A DNA stretch of 64,000 bases from Kondoa subrosea (lineage: Eukaryota), in the NCBI GenBank assembly GCA_039545335.1, contig BCIN01000008.1:755528-819527 (forward strand). The letters run 5' to 3'. The position numbers and the translations under genes are program-made. The notes beneath the pieces are model-generated. The model did no database searches and was not told where the DNA came from. It was given only the letters and a program-made list of their open reading frames with translations. Below, in pieces: positions 1 through 12,212 of the stretch; within the stretch, counting starts at the first letter, position 1; each line of letters starts with the position of its first letter.

Positions 1-2279
1 ATATTTGATCGAGTCAATGAGCACGCCCATGGCTCAGTATCGGGTTCGTCTCTGCAACAGAAATTAGGAACGGAAGAAAAAAGCTGATAGTAGAATAGAC
101 TCGCAAGAAAGCAGCTATTCGCTTGACCGAGACCCAAGATTGCGCAAGACCCTGAAACATGATGAGCGTATACTTTTAAAAGTACCAGCTGACTTGCAGC
201 GAATAAACGAGGAAGCCACCCTCTACAAGCGCTAGATGTAAAAATCGTCCGCGAGAAAAGGAATCAGCTCACATTGGAGATTGAAGTTTAGCAAATAGGA
301 CGATAGCAGTAAATGCAGTCGGAATATCCAAAGTACGACCAGCGAAGTGGGTGTAAACGAAAAAGGACGAGATGACCACAGCAGGTCCAGTCAGGACTAT
401 TCGATCTTTCAAGCAAAGCGTGGTACAATATGAATTCACTTACTCCATACAAGTGCCATGAACCAAGAGACAAGGCGATAGCGAACGATCTCTTTGAGTT
501 CTTTCTCTCGAACAGAGATGATATTTGACTGATAATACTCTTCCCAAGCAAAAGACTTGATGAAGCGGATCGATTGAAGAAAGCTGCAATATAATCAGTC
601 TTTGCCGCAATCATATGGTAGAGCTTATTTGTTTGTCAGATCATTTCTTGAATCTTCATGTTCACGCCAACGCTCAGTGATAGCGATTTGCCTTTTGCTG
701 ATGAAGCTGTTTACGGGGATCAGGATAATCATGACCGCCAGCTATCAATAGCCGCTTTAGTAAACCTATAGGTCCATGTGTCAGTGTTAACTCACTCCCA
801 CTAAAGCAGACAATCCGAGTAGTTTGTACAGTAGAAACAGAGATAAGAACAATTCCAGAGGCGCTCGCAGCAAGATATAGACGCCTGAGAATTCTTCTGA
901 TATACGATGCGCGTCGGAAGACATGAGATTCTGTATCTTGCCAACAGACGAAAAGTCCTTCTCTTTGCTCTCTTGTCCATCTTCTTTCTCATCGCCTTCT
1001 TGTTTCTCTTTCTTTTTCTTGCTCACACCTAATGCTCCAGCCATATCTTTCCGGCGCAAGGCTTTATCGTAAATAGTAGCAATTAGTTCAGCATTAGTTC
1101 TGAAGCCAGCACGTCTCGCATGATACAGATCTACCTTTTACTATCAGCTACAATCAAATTTGGAATCGAGAGAGCAAACGCATGAGATTGACTTCTGCTG
1201 TGCATAGCTGGATAGCGAAGAGGACGCAAGCAAGTCCCACTGCAGAACTTCTCGATTCGGTCGTAGGCGTACCCAGACGGTCCAGAATGAGTTTCATAAA
1301 CACTGGTCCGGCATAATCCTATTTCACCTTTCAGATTGTGCAGATTTATGAAGACTGGTAATGGCCTACCCCTAACACGGCCACTCCGCACAAAGACAAA
1401 TCCAAAAAAGTGTCCAAGGAATTGACAGCAATAATATGAACGACCAGGCTTCTTGCCTTCTTTGTTGCTCTGAACTTTCGGAACAGGATTTCAGAACTCA
1501 TAAAAGGGGACATTTGCCAAATGTCTTTTGTGTCCAAATCTTGCTTGCTTCCTTTATTGATCACAGGCTGAAACCATGAGAAAGTCATCCAGGACCACAG
1601 AGTTGCTGAATCTTCTGCTGAAGTATATAAATCGGAACTTGGGTCAGAAGAGGAAGCGACATTTGTGTTGGGAATATGGGTTGCAATGGGCATAGAGAGA
1701 CCGATAGATAGTATAATGAGGTAGCTGAAAGCATGGTATATTAGCCAAAGTATATTTGGCATGTAGTAGTGTCGAGCGATGAGTAGAGATTGCCATGCGC
1801 TGTACAGTATCGAAAAAGTCGAGAAGAAGGTCAGGGCGAGGATACGATAGGGAGGAGTAATCGAAGGCCTTCCCATTAAGCGAGTTGCGGCATAGATCTT
1901 AAAAAAATTCAGACTTCCCGAAGCTTCAGATTGTGAAATGACTTGCCCAAGAGAATCCCACACAAGCTGGCCACGCCGCAGCTGCAGTATCTTTGCCGAA
2001 AGAGTAAGAGGCATAGCATAGCCAAGTGACAGCCAAGAGGGCGATATCGAACACCATAAGTTGATGCTTCCAAAGCACCGCTTGACGAGTTATGAAATGC
2101 TCATAGCCTTCTAGCTCGGAAGCTACTAAGAAGGTTTGGAAAGGCATCGCAAGCTTGCGCTCAATACTTCGCCAGAAACGAGGCTTCCAGACGATGCCAT
2201 ATAGGTCTAATGCGAAAGACAAACCGGCCCAGACTACAGGAACTGCGGTCAAGGCCTCAGAGCATGTGTAAGAGATCAT
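1..2279 (-). CDS. ABCC/MRP-type ABC transporter, N-terminal part (TMD0/linker/TMD1); multi-exon, runs off the left edge
   Basis: ORFs 1926-2279, 1346-2014, 787-1059 give 'SATLWSWMTFSWFQPVINKGSKQDLDTKDIWQM' (ABCC linker) and 'SVGKIQNLMSSDAHRISE..LRAPLEL..LYKLLGLSALVG' (ABCC TMD1). Confidence 0.85.
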
Positions 2280-2537
2280 CCTGCTGATGACAGCACGAGA
2301 AGAAGAAGTAACCGAGAAGAGGAGGAGAAGACAGATGACGAACTCAAAGGGATATAATTCGGAACACTGCTTCGGGTGTATCTTCGATTACACAGCACGT
2401 ATAGCTCGAGCGGTGTACGGAGGACTTGTATAGCAAGAACATACGCTCGTAGTCTTCAACGACGACAACATGGATGCTTTCAGAAAAGCTGGGATTATTG
2501 GCTTGGAAAGCAACAAGCAAGGAGTGATACCCAAATC

Positions 2538-4454
2538 ATGCACAGACGGTCGCCTAGTCCTCCGAGGCGAGGTAGAGACCGTAGTAATATGCCTTCATAC
2601 CCCAGCAGCTCCAGATACCGCTCTCGTTCGCCTGTTCGAAGATCTCTGCCGTCGAATTCTCGAGGCTACCGAGGGCCTGAGCCTGACAGGCTACCTTTCC
2701 GTGAAGCTGTCCCTCAGTATCCTTACAAGCGAGTCATTATTGGTCAATCTCCGCCTCCTGTAGACCGTCCTGTGCCCAGCTACATTTCTGCCAGCGCACC
2801 TTCTTACGCTCGTTCGCCTCCTCCTCCTTCTTCTTCCTCTAGAAGACGATCTAGATCACCACCACCGCGAAGAAGATCCCCAAGTCCTGTTAATAGAGCT
2901 CGTTCGCCAAGTGTAGCTTCTTCAACTCGCAGAACAGTTGCTGTAGCCAAATCACCTGCTTCGAGGTCAGAAGGGGAAGCTACCGAACCACCAACACCTA
3001 AAGAACGCTCTCCTAAAGAGCGAATATCGGTCATGGACGTGGATGAGAAACGAAGAAGGGTTTCCAGATCACCAATTTCGGATCGTTCTGCTGCTTACCC
3101 TGTAGCCGAATCAAGCAGTGCGGCAAGAGCTAGGGAAGATAGGAGAAATGAGCGAGATCTACCTCCAAGAGATGCAAGACCTTACGAGCGAGATATCCGG
3201 AGGGATGATAGGGAATTACGACGAGATGATCGCGATGCAAGACCTTCTGAGCGAGATTCCAGGCCGTACGAACGCGATACAAGACCGTACGATAGAGATC
3301 CGAGACCATACGAGCGAGAAGCGGAGAAGAAACCGCTAGAGCGAGATAGCAGGGACAGAGACAGGGATGATAGGTCGGAAAGGTCAACAGATAGAGATCG
3401 AGGCGAAAGGACGTATGTTACTCCCGCTCCTCGTCCAATGGCAAGTCAGTATGATCGACCTTGCAAGGTAAGTTTTCAAACTTCTCATCTCTATGCTCAT
3501 CTCATGACAACAACGACATAGTTTGGCACTGCATGTTTTTCAACCTTATGCCGCTTCATACACCCTCCTGGTCGAGATTTGGAACGAAACCGCAGCAGAA
3601 ACGCAAACGCACCCGTAAGAAACTCTCGCGACTCGAGGGACAATTACGATTCGAGAGAATTTCGACCAAGAATTATTGGTGGACCACCTATAGAACGCTC
3701 TTCAGATAGAGATCGTCTGCCTGAACGTGATCGAGTCACTGGTCCACCGGAAAGGGAACGAATCATCGGTCTACCTGAACGAAACTCTGATCGGAAAAGA
3801 AGCAGGAGCAGGAGCAGAAGCAGAGACAGAGAACGCTATGCAGAACCTTATCCACCTACTTCAGATCGCTCTTATCCTGAATCTACATCACGCCCTTATC
3901 CTTCTGACAGATCTGCCGCACCTCCAAGCGGACCGCGCTCGTTAAGACCAGCTGACGATCGTTCATCTGCTTTTCAACCGCCTTCTGCACCTCGTTCAGC
4001 TGCAAGACCGGATGATAGAGATAGAGATAGAGGACCACCACCTTCAGGTCCAAGAGGTTTCCGACCAATCGCACCTAAATCTTCTCCTTCGAATCAGCCT
4101 TCTTCATCTTATCAATATCAGCAGTCCAGCTCTTCTTCTCACCCTCTTGCTTCTTCCTCTTCTACTCTACCTCCACCTGCACCTAAACCGAAACCTCGAC
4201 CGAAAAGGAAACCGCTCACAGCGGGTCGACCTTCAAATTTACCTTCTTCTTTACAAAGGGAACTCAAACTACTCAAAGATCGAAGAAAAGCAGTCAATCT
4301 CAAAAGTATGGAAGCTTCTACTAATGCTTTCAGGGCTTTAAGGGATTTGGAAAGAACTGAAGCGGATTTGAAAGTGGCCAGAGAGAACAGAGGTTGGAAT
4401 GAAGAGATTTTGGAGGCTAAAGCTTCTTGGGGTATGATGCAGGCTGTACAGTGA
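2538..4454 (+). CDS. RS/RD-rich low-complexity protein with C-terminal coiled coil (possible RNA-processing factor); at least one intron from 3468
   Basis: ORFs 2376-3521 and 3579-4454 rich in RSRSP and RD/RE repeats; GTAAGT donor at 3468; likely ATG 2538. Confidence 0.65.
3140..3410 (+). repeat. Degenerate coding heptad repeat (RPYERD-type) within the RS/RD protein
   Basis: Translation RDARPYERDIRRDDRELRRDDRDARPSERDSRPYERDTRPYDRDPRPYERE. Confidence 0.6.
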
Positions 4455-4726
4455 GATGGAAATGTAGTCAAAATTCTCTTGGTCGCCATCAAGAGAACGG
4501 AAATCAGATTGTTAATGATATTGCCTTTATTGGCTCTAATGTTTATTTGAATTCGTTTCCACTCCGACCATCTCTAGTACTTTCTTTGCATGAACGGGCA
4601 AATTTGTTACCCACGCATCAGCTCTACATTGGGAAACATCAGCTTGAGTGCTTGCTGTATTTGTATTGTGGACGTACGGTGCTTCACCATTTAGTCAAGC
4701 TGTAACGACCATCATGAATGAATGCT

Positions 4727-5868
4727 TTAGACGAGTGGAGTAGAAGGCTCACGAGTCAGAATGGTCTTCTCGACTGTCTTGCCTTGGTCTGTTCATTGGC
4801 GAAGTAACCGCATCAGCTAAAGCAGGTGCGCTACCACTCCAGAACGAACCATTGAGCTTGAAGACGACTGGCACACCAGTAGCCAATTCAAGTTTGAGGA
4901 CTTCTTCCCTGCTAAGGGAATCCAAATCCATAATGATGGATCTGTACATACCGACATTGACAAATACCTCCGGGGAGGATATGTAATGAGCACGTACCGA
5001 AGCGAGTTACCGTGAGCGGCAACGAGAACGTTCTTTCCGGCCAAAACGTCAGGCAAGATCTTTTCCTTGAAGTAAGGTAGAGTTCGTGCAGCGGTCATCT
5101 GTGAACACGGATGACATTTAAGCACAGAAGTGAGCTAGAGTCATGCAGCGCGCACCTCGAGAGATTCTCCGCCTGGAGGAGGAATATCGTAACTTCGACC
5201 TAAATATCGAAAGTCATCAGTATTTGGTGAAAATGAAAGTCGGGTAACTTACGCCAGATGTGCACTTGCTCTTCTCCGAATTTGGCTCTAGCATCATCCT
5301 TGTTGAGACCAGTCAAATCGCCTGAACTGGATCATTCAGCTTGAGGTGAGATTGACTGCCTAGAAGTTTACCGTAATCACGCTCGCTGTGAATGTTACTT
5401 CAACACAAACAGTCTACACTGATCGGCTGAGAAGCACTCACTTGAGCGCTTGAGATTTATGAGTGGTCAAATCCGCCTGATTGATTTCCTTGAGGATGAT
5501 TTTAAGAGTTTGCTGAGCTCTGGACAGATCAGAAGTGTAAGCGACATCGTAGTGATCGTAGCCATTCTTCTTCAAGGCTTGAGCACCAGTCAGAGCTTCC
5601 TCTTGACCCTTTTCAGTTAAAGCGGGATCCTTCCAACCAGTGAACAGGTTCTTGAGGTTCCATTCGGATTGACCCTGTATACCGACACTTAGCCACAGCA
5701 CGATCTAGAGCTCAAGGAAGAACTTACGTGTCTGACGAGAGAAAGCTGTGCAATCTCATTTCAACAAATGAGCAAAGAGGAGAATCAGAGGCCCACAGTA
5801 CCAATAGCCTGTCAAGACATTCATGTTAGAGCTATTCCGCTGGAATACGGAAGCATAAGACGCACCAT
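4727..5868 (-). CDS. GPM1: 2,3-BPG-dependent phosphoglycerate mutase, many small exons
   Basis: '[25 protein letters not shown]', '[25 protein letters not shown]', '[13 protein letters not shown]', '[11 protein letters not shown]'; first coding exon appears to be ATG alone. Confidence 0.93.
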
Positions 5869-6120
5869 TTTGTCGAGATAAAGGCTGCTTTGGGTCAAGC
5901 CAAGGTTGGACTCACTCAACGAGTCGGAATACAGTAGCGCCTCATTCTGGTATATCTGCACTGCTCTGAGTGGACTCGCCGGCTTGTGTACGCCTTCCGC
6001 TGCGCTGAATTTCTCGAAAATAAGTTGATGCCCTCACTTACTTGCCTTGCCTCGTGAAGCGATACTATCGACCCAATATACTCTACACAAAGTAAAGCTG
6101 AAGCTCTGCTGCTGTCCCGT

Positions 6121-6715
6121 ATGAAAGGACCCAAGAGGTTGCAACGAGCTTTCGCGTGGAACAGATCTAGAAGGACAGGATGGCTATACTTTCGTCAAAG
6201 CCAGATTGATCAGATTCAAGAATGGCTGCAGCATGTAAGGCTCCTTTCTTCTCATACCTCAAGCTGCGAGATATCATTCTGTCGATCATTTATTGCTCTT
6301 TCTGCTCGGTGCGACGTCCTCACAAACGATTTCCAATCACTAGTTTTCCTGTTCGTCGTCCGTTCGGGCAGCCGCTGGGTAAATGGCTTGCGAAACCTAG
6401 CTAGAACGTTGTTCAACGGGATGTCTTCGGTTCGTGCGACTTCCCAGCGCATATGCCGGTCAAAAGTGCTTCCATAGCGAGAACGAGTTCTTATCTCGGC
6501 TTCGCTTGGGTCTCGCATTTCTTTGTCTTCCTTAATTTCCCACTCGTCACCAAACATGATGCTTATTTTGCTCTACGCTTATCTTTTTTAGCTCCAGCTC
6601 AAACACTCTATTGGAAGAATTGGCTGTAAATTCAGCTACCTCGTTCACAGCTTTAGGCATCTAGACCGACCATCAGATGTCTCATGTCGTGCTCAAGAGC
6701 GTGATATTCGCTAGC
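6121..6715 (+). pseudogene. Truncated/degenerate paralogue of the 7173-9119 gene (N-terminal part only), retaining a long intron 6235-6591
   Basis: 'YFRQSQIDQIQEWLQH|GTAAGG' matches 'YFPAHQIQQIQEWLRN|GTTAGT' of the 7173 gene at the same intron position; the next exon only weakly matches after a frameshift (LYWKNW vs IFWTDL) and stops. Confidence 0.6.
6340..6470 (+). ncRNA. Conserved structured intronic element, copy A
   Basis: CTTCGGT 6425-6431 and GCCGGTC 6455-6461; CGACTTCCCAGCG..TATGCCGGT shared with copy B; inside 357-nt intron 6235-6591. Confidence 0.6.
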
Positions 6716-7172
6716 GTTTAAATTCGCAGAAACCGATCCCCTTGACCAATTACGGCCGTTCAGCTCATCTAATAGGCCCAGACCCAACACACCGCATAGT
6801 CTACTAGTGTGTCTTGCTATGCAATGATGTTGCTTACCCTTGCCTGCTGGCTCTTCTAGCCCCAATTTTCTCGCATTTGTCAAATCCCTTGTTTGTCCTG
6901 CTCCTTCCTTCTGCACTGTGTACGAGTAGTTCAGGGGTATTTAGCTATTGTTAGAGCGTGCCTTTTTGGTCTGGAGCGGTTTCAAATTTCGATTCCCACT
7001 CTGTTTCGTATCTGACGCGCCTGAGGTGACGTGATATCTTTAGCTCGCATTCCTCATTCCTGTCAATGAACCTCCTATCGAGTTCGTAGAGGCGCTGTGC
7101 TACTCTTTTCCTTTCTTTTATACCTTCCCTTCACTTTCCTTTCTCGTTTCGCGCTCTTTCTCTTATTCAGGC

Positions 7173-9119
7173 ATGGCTTTCACTGCCGCTACCACGAGCA
7201 CAGCATCAAGTACCTCTCCCAACTCAGCTGATCTGAATTCCGAAGTCTTCACCAATTGCATCTCTACCCTTGAATTCAATAAAGCTTGTCTCACTCATTT
7301 CGCGGCGACCGTAATCATCAAGCACCAGCCCAGAACAGAAGTTCATCTGCACGCTCTAGTCAACAACATTTTGCAAGATGTCATCGGTGAACTTGAAGGA
7401 CAGATGAGCAAAGGCAGAGATCCATATTTTCCGGCGCATCAAATACAACAAATCCAGGAATGGTTGCGCAATGTTAGTATCCTTCCGTCTGTCACTCCAG
7501 TCTGCGAGACCCAAACCCATACACTCCACCAATTGCTCTATACCATGCCTTTAAAGACAGCTTCAGATCCCTAATTCTCTCGTCCGCCGTTCTGTGGGAA
7601 CGGAGGCTGTGTTGTTATGGGTCGAAGCTGAGCTTTGTGCATGGTCGAATGGACTGCCTTCGGTCGCACGACTTCCCAGCGTGTATGCCGGTTCCAAGTG
7701 TAACCAATCGTGAAATGAGCTCGCCTTCCTGATCTTCTTGGGTCTCGCAGTCTTGGCTTGATTGCTTTCCTTGTTGATTACGAGTAGAAGCTGATTTTGC
7801 GTTTGTGTTTTACTAGATCAGAGCGCAGAACATCTTTTGGACGGATTTGCGAGAAGAATGCCAGAGAAATCCAACACATGCTCTTTCAGACTTCTTCAAG
7901 TATAGAACTCCAAGACAGGTTCGTGTTCTCTTCTAAAGTAATGATCGCTACTGAGATTGCCTCCCACAGCCAAAATCCACTTCGGCTATTGGACGACCTG
8001 ATCGCAATGGTAGATCACAAGCGAAGCGTGCAGGTCTACCAATGGTAGTCATTCCTCTGATCCTGCCGCAGTTATCGGAAGCAGGTGAGTCTCTTTGCTC
8101 CTTCTTCTGATGTCTTTATCTGACCACACTCGAGTAGATTTAGGCACCTTTACTCCTCGGCAATTTGCTCATGTCACGTTAGACTTCCTGATGATTGGCA
8201 CCGATTCGATGAGGCGATCCCTTAATCTTGCGCCTGAACCTTCTTATGGCTTGATCATCCCTGGTGTCGAGCGACTCGAATCACTCTTCAAGCGAGATGC
8301 AAATAATGTGAGAGATTCAGACTGGATAGAGCAGACGGATGCTGCAAAGCTTTTCCGAAGGCTTGAGAGAAGAAGGTCAGTCTTCATTTCTGCTTGTCGG
8401 CAGGCCAGAACTGAATTGCTTTGTGCAGAATGGTGACACAAGATACCAGCTCGGAGGGAAACTTCATCAGAAACATCTTCAGCCACGGAATGTACACCCA
8501 GGGAGAAGAGACGCGCGGCCTGTTGAGGCTGATTGCTTCATTCATTGTGCTTTGCGGGGAATTGAGTGAGTCTTGCCCCTTTGACGGCTTCTCTGACATA
8601 TTCTTACTATTGGGCGCAGATGACGACATCGGCTTGCAAGAGGTCTTCAAGCTTGAACGCGAAATCATTCAAGAGCGTACAAAACCTGCAGCAGCTATCT
8701 CACCTTGTACTCCTACGTCTCTCCGCTCTGCCACTCCATGCGAATCAGACTTCGATCAAGCTTCTTTGGCTTCTTCTGATGTCTCCTCCTCTGAAATCGA
8801 AAGCATCTCATCGGAATCAAGCATCTCTTCTGCAGCTACTTCAGCCATTCCAAGTTGTTGCTCTGCAAGCTTGTCAAACACGAGTCTTCCGATCGTATCG
8901 TCTCCGATATCAGCTTTTGATGAGGAAGAATTCTTGGAAGAAGTAGCTGATCGCGAAGAGATCGCACTGTGGCTGTCACCCAAGTATGCTTCCCGCAAGC
9001 GCAAGCTCGATGAGTACGAGGAAGAAGATGAAGTCGCTGTAAGATCGCCGAAGAGATCTGGAAACAGGGCTGTCCGGTGGCTAAAGGGAGTGTGGAATGC
9101 ACTCATCGACTTCTCGTAG
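7173..9119 (+). CDS. Uncharacterised protein with HEPN-like RNxxxHG motif, Ser-rich tail and RKRK NLS-like motif; about 6 exons, long first intron 7473-7816
   Basis: Exons join in frame (7173-7472, from 7817 IRAQNIFWTDLREECQRNPTHALSDFFKY, DLGTFTPRQFAHVTLD.., SEGNFIRNIFSHGMYTQG at ~8451-8503); clear paralogue at 17.3-19.6 kb. Confidence 0.75.
7558..7700 (+). ncRNA. Conserved structured intronic element, copy B
   Basis: CAGCTTC(7558)/GAAGCTG(7624) stem, CCGTTC-TGTGG-GAACGG hairpin 7587-7603, TGC-CTTCGGTC-GCA ~7655-7668, GCCGGTT 7687-7693; intron also closed by a perfect 13-bp inverted repeat 7502-7514/7738-7750. Confidence 0.7.
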
Positions 9120-9349
9120 CTGAATTGTATGTATCATCTGGGTCTTGTCGATTAGCTGTACAGTGTAACATTGCTTAGTAATCATATTCAAACTACATGT
9201 TCTTCTTACTTTGCTCTTCGGTCGCCCTCTTTGTCATGTGATGAGAATCTTAATCTGGAGAGCATCGCTGTTCTCCAAGAAGGCACAGATCTCGTAATGC
9301 AGTCGTTGCTTGTTTTCAACAATTTGCAGGGCTCTTGGCTTGTGCGACG

Positions 9350-10255
9350 ATGCACCAAAGAAAACGGTCGCTTACCTTGAGCTCTTCCGACTCCGATGAT
9401 GGATCATCTGTAGCTGTCAAGTCCAGCAAGTCTGATACACCTCTAGCGTGAGCTGCAACATGGCCACACAAAAGTAAACAATCTCATTCGTCTGCATTAC
9501 TCGCAGCCCTATCTCTTATGCTTGCACACTTCCTCCTACCTGCTCTGCATCGAAACCTACAGTCTTTGACTCGTACCCTGCTTTGGAAGCACATCATGCA
9601 TCGCATCACGCTTTCCTTTGCACGCTAGCGGACTGCAGCAAGATCTTTCCAGACGAGCGATACCTGAACTTGCATTTCAGCGAATGTCATAATCCTCTGA
9701 TAGCTGTCAAAGCTGAGAGGGGCGAGAAGACTGTTTGTTAGCCATGGCTCTGGCAAAAGTGTAGAGCTAATTCTTCAAGCACAGTTTGCGTGCTTCGAAA
9801 CGACATGTACTAGGAAGTTCGCAACCCCGAAAACTCGTCGACTCCATCTTATTGATGCACATCAGTATCCCAAGCAAGTATGTTTCCCTTATCTTTGCAT
9901 ACATACATGAACCTCGCTCATTGCGTGCCAGTTCTACTTCTCTTTGCCTGCTAAAGGTTTGAACGATCTCTACAAGAAGTACGGATCGGCTGTCAGTCTA
10001 GTTCGACCAGATTGGAAAGCTCGACCCGATAAAATGGACGATTCTCGATCTACTTCATCTGCTTCAAGAAGTCCAGAACCACTTCAATCGCTCAGTGAAG
10101 TACCTAAACAGATAGAAGAGAATACTGTCGAATATGTAAAGGTGCAAGAGCAGAGAGAGGATCATGAAATGGACAGATTGGTAGACAAGTTCAGCGCAAG
10201 CAGGATGTTTGTTCCCAATCAGATTCGATTTGGCAAGAAAGGAGCAAAGAAGTAG
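9350..10255 (+). CDS. C2H2 zinc-finger protein, ZNF511-like
   Basis: Exons read 'CTLADCSKIFPDERYLNLHFSECHNPL..ERGEKT|FACFETTCTRKFATPKTRRLHLIDAHQYPK'; start codon approximate. Confidence 0.8.
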
Positions 10256-10761
10256 CTGGCTTGTTCGAGCGTCGACGCAGCTTTAAAGCTGTTCGATGTA
10301 GTAGTAAAGTAAGCGGTGCGTCTAGTCTCTCAGCCTGTTGTTGTTCAGTTACAACTCTGAAGCGTTAGGCGACTGTACGAATATGGTCACCTGATGGATC
10401 AACGTTCACCATCCTCTTGCCTGCGAGGCCACGTTCACACGAAGACTGCTAGCTTTCAAGCTCCCTCCTTCCGAACGTGCAGATATTCAGAGATAGCGGA
10501 AGCGCCAAAATAAGGATCATTTAGCGGCCGGTCAATTGATCGAGTTGAACAAGAGAACCACTGTTTCGCAGGACAAACCACTACTGATGGCTTATGGAAT
10601 GGCTGAGACCGACTGAGAGTGCTCGAGATTTCTAGCTCGTCTGTGACGGGTTTGGACAATTATAAGCTATTGTACAACTTCAATGCATGTCTAGTCTACC
10701 TATACCTCTTTCTTCATCAGGCATGCTGGCTTGTCAACTGCCCAAGCAGACCACAACGAAT

Positions 10762-12148
10762 CTATATCACAACAGCTGAATCTTTTCTTGCTATCCTTTC
10801 TTTTCTATACAGCAAGAATTGTGCAAGCACACAGAAATCGAGCGCGATCGTTCCTCTAAATCATTTATATTAGCTCTTGCCTCTTTGTTGCATTGTTGAG
10901 CCTTACATTGATCCTACTAGCCATGAAAGGTTTATCGAAACATGTTCCATAGTTCGAGAAGGGATCAATATCGACTGTGAGTGACCATCGCTTTCAGGTT
11001 CCGCAAAGACCCAAAAGAGATAAAGGGAGCTCACAGCAGCGAAAGTCACATTTCCCATCAATGCAAAGAAAAAGAACATCAAGCTCAAGCCTTCACATTT
11101 CGTTGATCGGTTCTTGATTAGTTGAGGAAACCTTGAACTGACTGTCCATGCATAGAACCTTAACAAATATTCACAAAAATCGAACAAAGAACAGACGATA
11201 GAGTATAGCAGAGCACCACCCCACAATCTGTCAATACGTCCACAGACTTAGCATCTCGAAGGTGCTAAATCTGCTAACCAACTGACCTGAGCTTTATCGT
11301 CCCATATTTCTTTCCCTCTAGGTCTAGGATGTATATCGCTAGGTTTATCCAAACTCCAACCCAATACACCAAGCAAGACGACAAAGCTCAAACAAGCTAC
11401 ATAAACTGCTATTCTTTTCCAATTCGAACTTGTAGATCTTGCTGTGGTAGAAGAAGAAGAAGGGATGAGAGGAGTAGTTTCAGATGTCGATAAAGGAGTT
11501 CGACGGTAATAATAGATCTGGAAGAGAAGGACGAAATCGCAGAAGATGTAATAGATCGCTAGATCTGCAAGAGTGCTCCTTGCTCAGCGATGACATCGCT
11601 TAAGCAGAGAAGATCACTTGCATGTCTAAAAACACTGTCAGCTTTGATAGACCATTGCGAGAAGAGAGAATTCACTATTGTAGGCAGTAAACCTTGCCAG
11701 AAAGCTCCTAAGAAATTGGCCAGATCCGCCAACAACCACTGTACACCTCTCGAGATGAGAAACCGATCTTTAGATTCTGATTAAGATACTCACTATCGCG
11801 ACGAAAAAGACTGATAGACCTTCTCCACTCTTGTTGGTATAGTTTTCGTGTATCTAGAATAGACGGACATAAGGAAATCTTGACGCAAACATTTTCAGGG
11901 AAAAACTCACTTGAGGCTAGAAGAAAAAGGAAACGATATAAACAGGAGAAGAATGCAAAGACAGAGAAACAGACTTGATAGACTAAGATCCAGAAGGCCT
12001 AAAGAGAGATCTAAGTATCAGGAAGTGCTCCGACTAATTTGCCAATCACTGAAATACGGACAATTGAGAGCCAACCAAAAGTAGAGGCTATTCTGTGCAG
12101 ATCTACATTGCCGCCAATCGCCTGCAACAAGTCAACAGTACTCGACAT
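10762..12148 (-). CDS. PQ-loop vacuolar amino-acid transporter (Ypq/PQLC2 family)
   Basis: 'PQIHENYTNKSGEGLS', 'WLLADLANFLGAFWQGLLPT', 'RFPQLIKNRSTKCEGLSLMFFFFALMGN'. Confidence 0.88.
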
Positions 12149-12212
12149 CGCTGTCAAGCTCGTAACTTATAAGTTTGTTTGATTTTGGTCCTGTGCAGCG
12201 AAGCAAGCAATC

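Noticed and set aside
3140..3830. GA-rich repeats as a satellite or mobile element
   Set aside because: Explained by the Arg/Asp/Glu-rich coding sequence.
6425..7693. CRISPR-like repeat-spacer reading of CTTCGGT-N22-25-GCCGGT
   Set aside because: Copies are dispersed rather than arrayed, the intervening sequences are homologous to each other, and there are no cas genes in this eukaryotic context.
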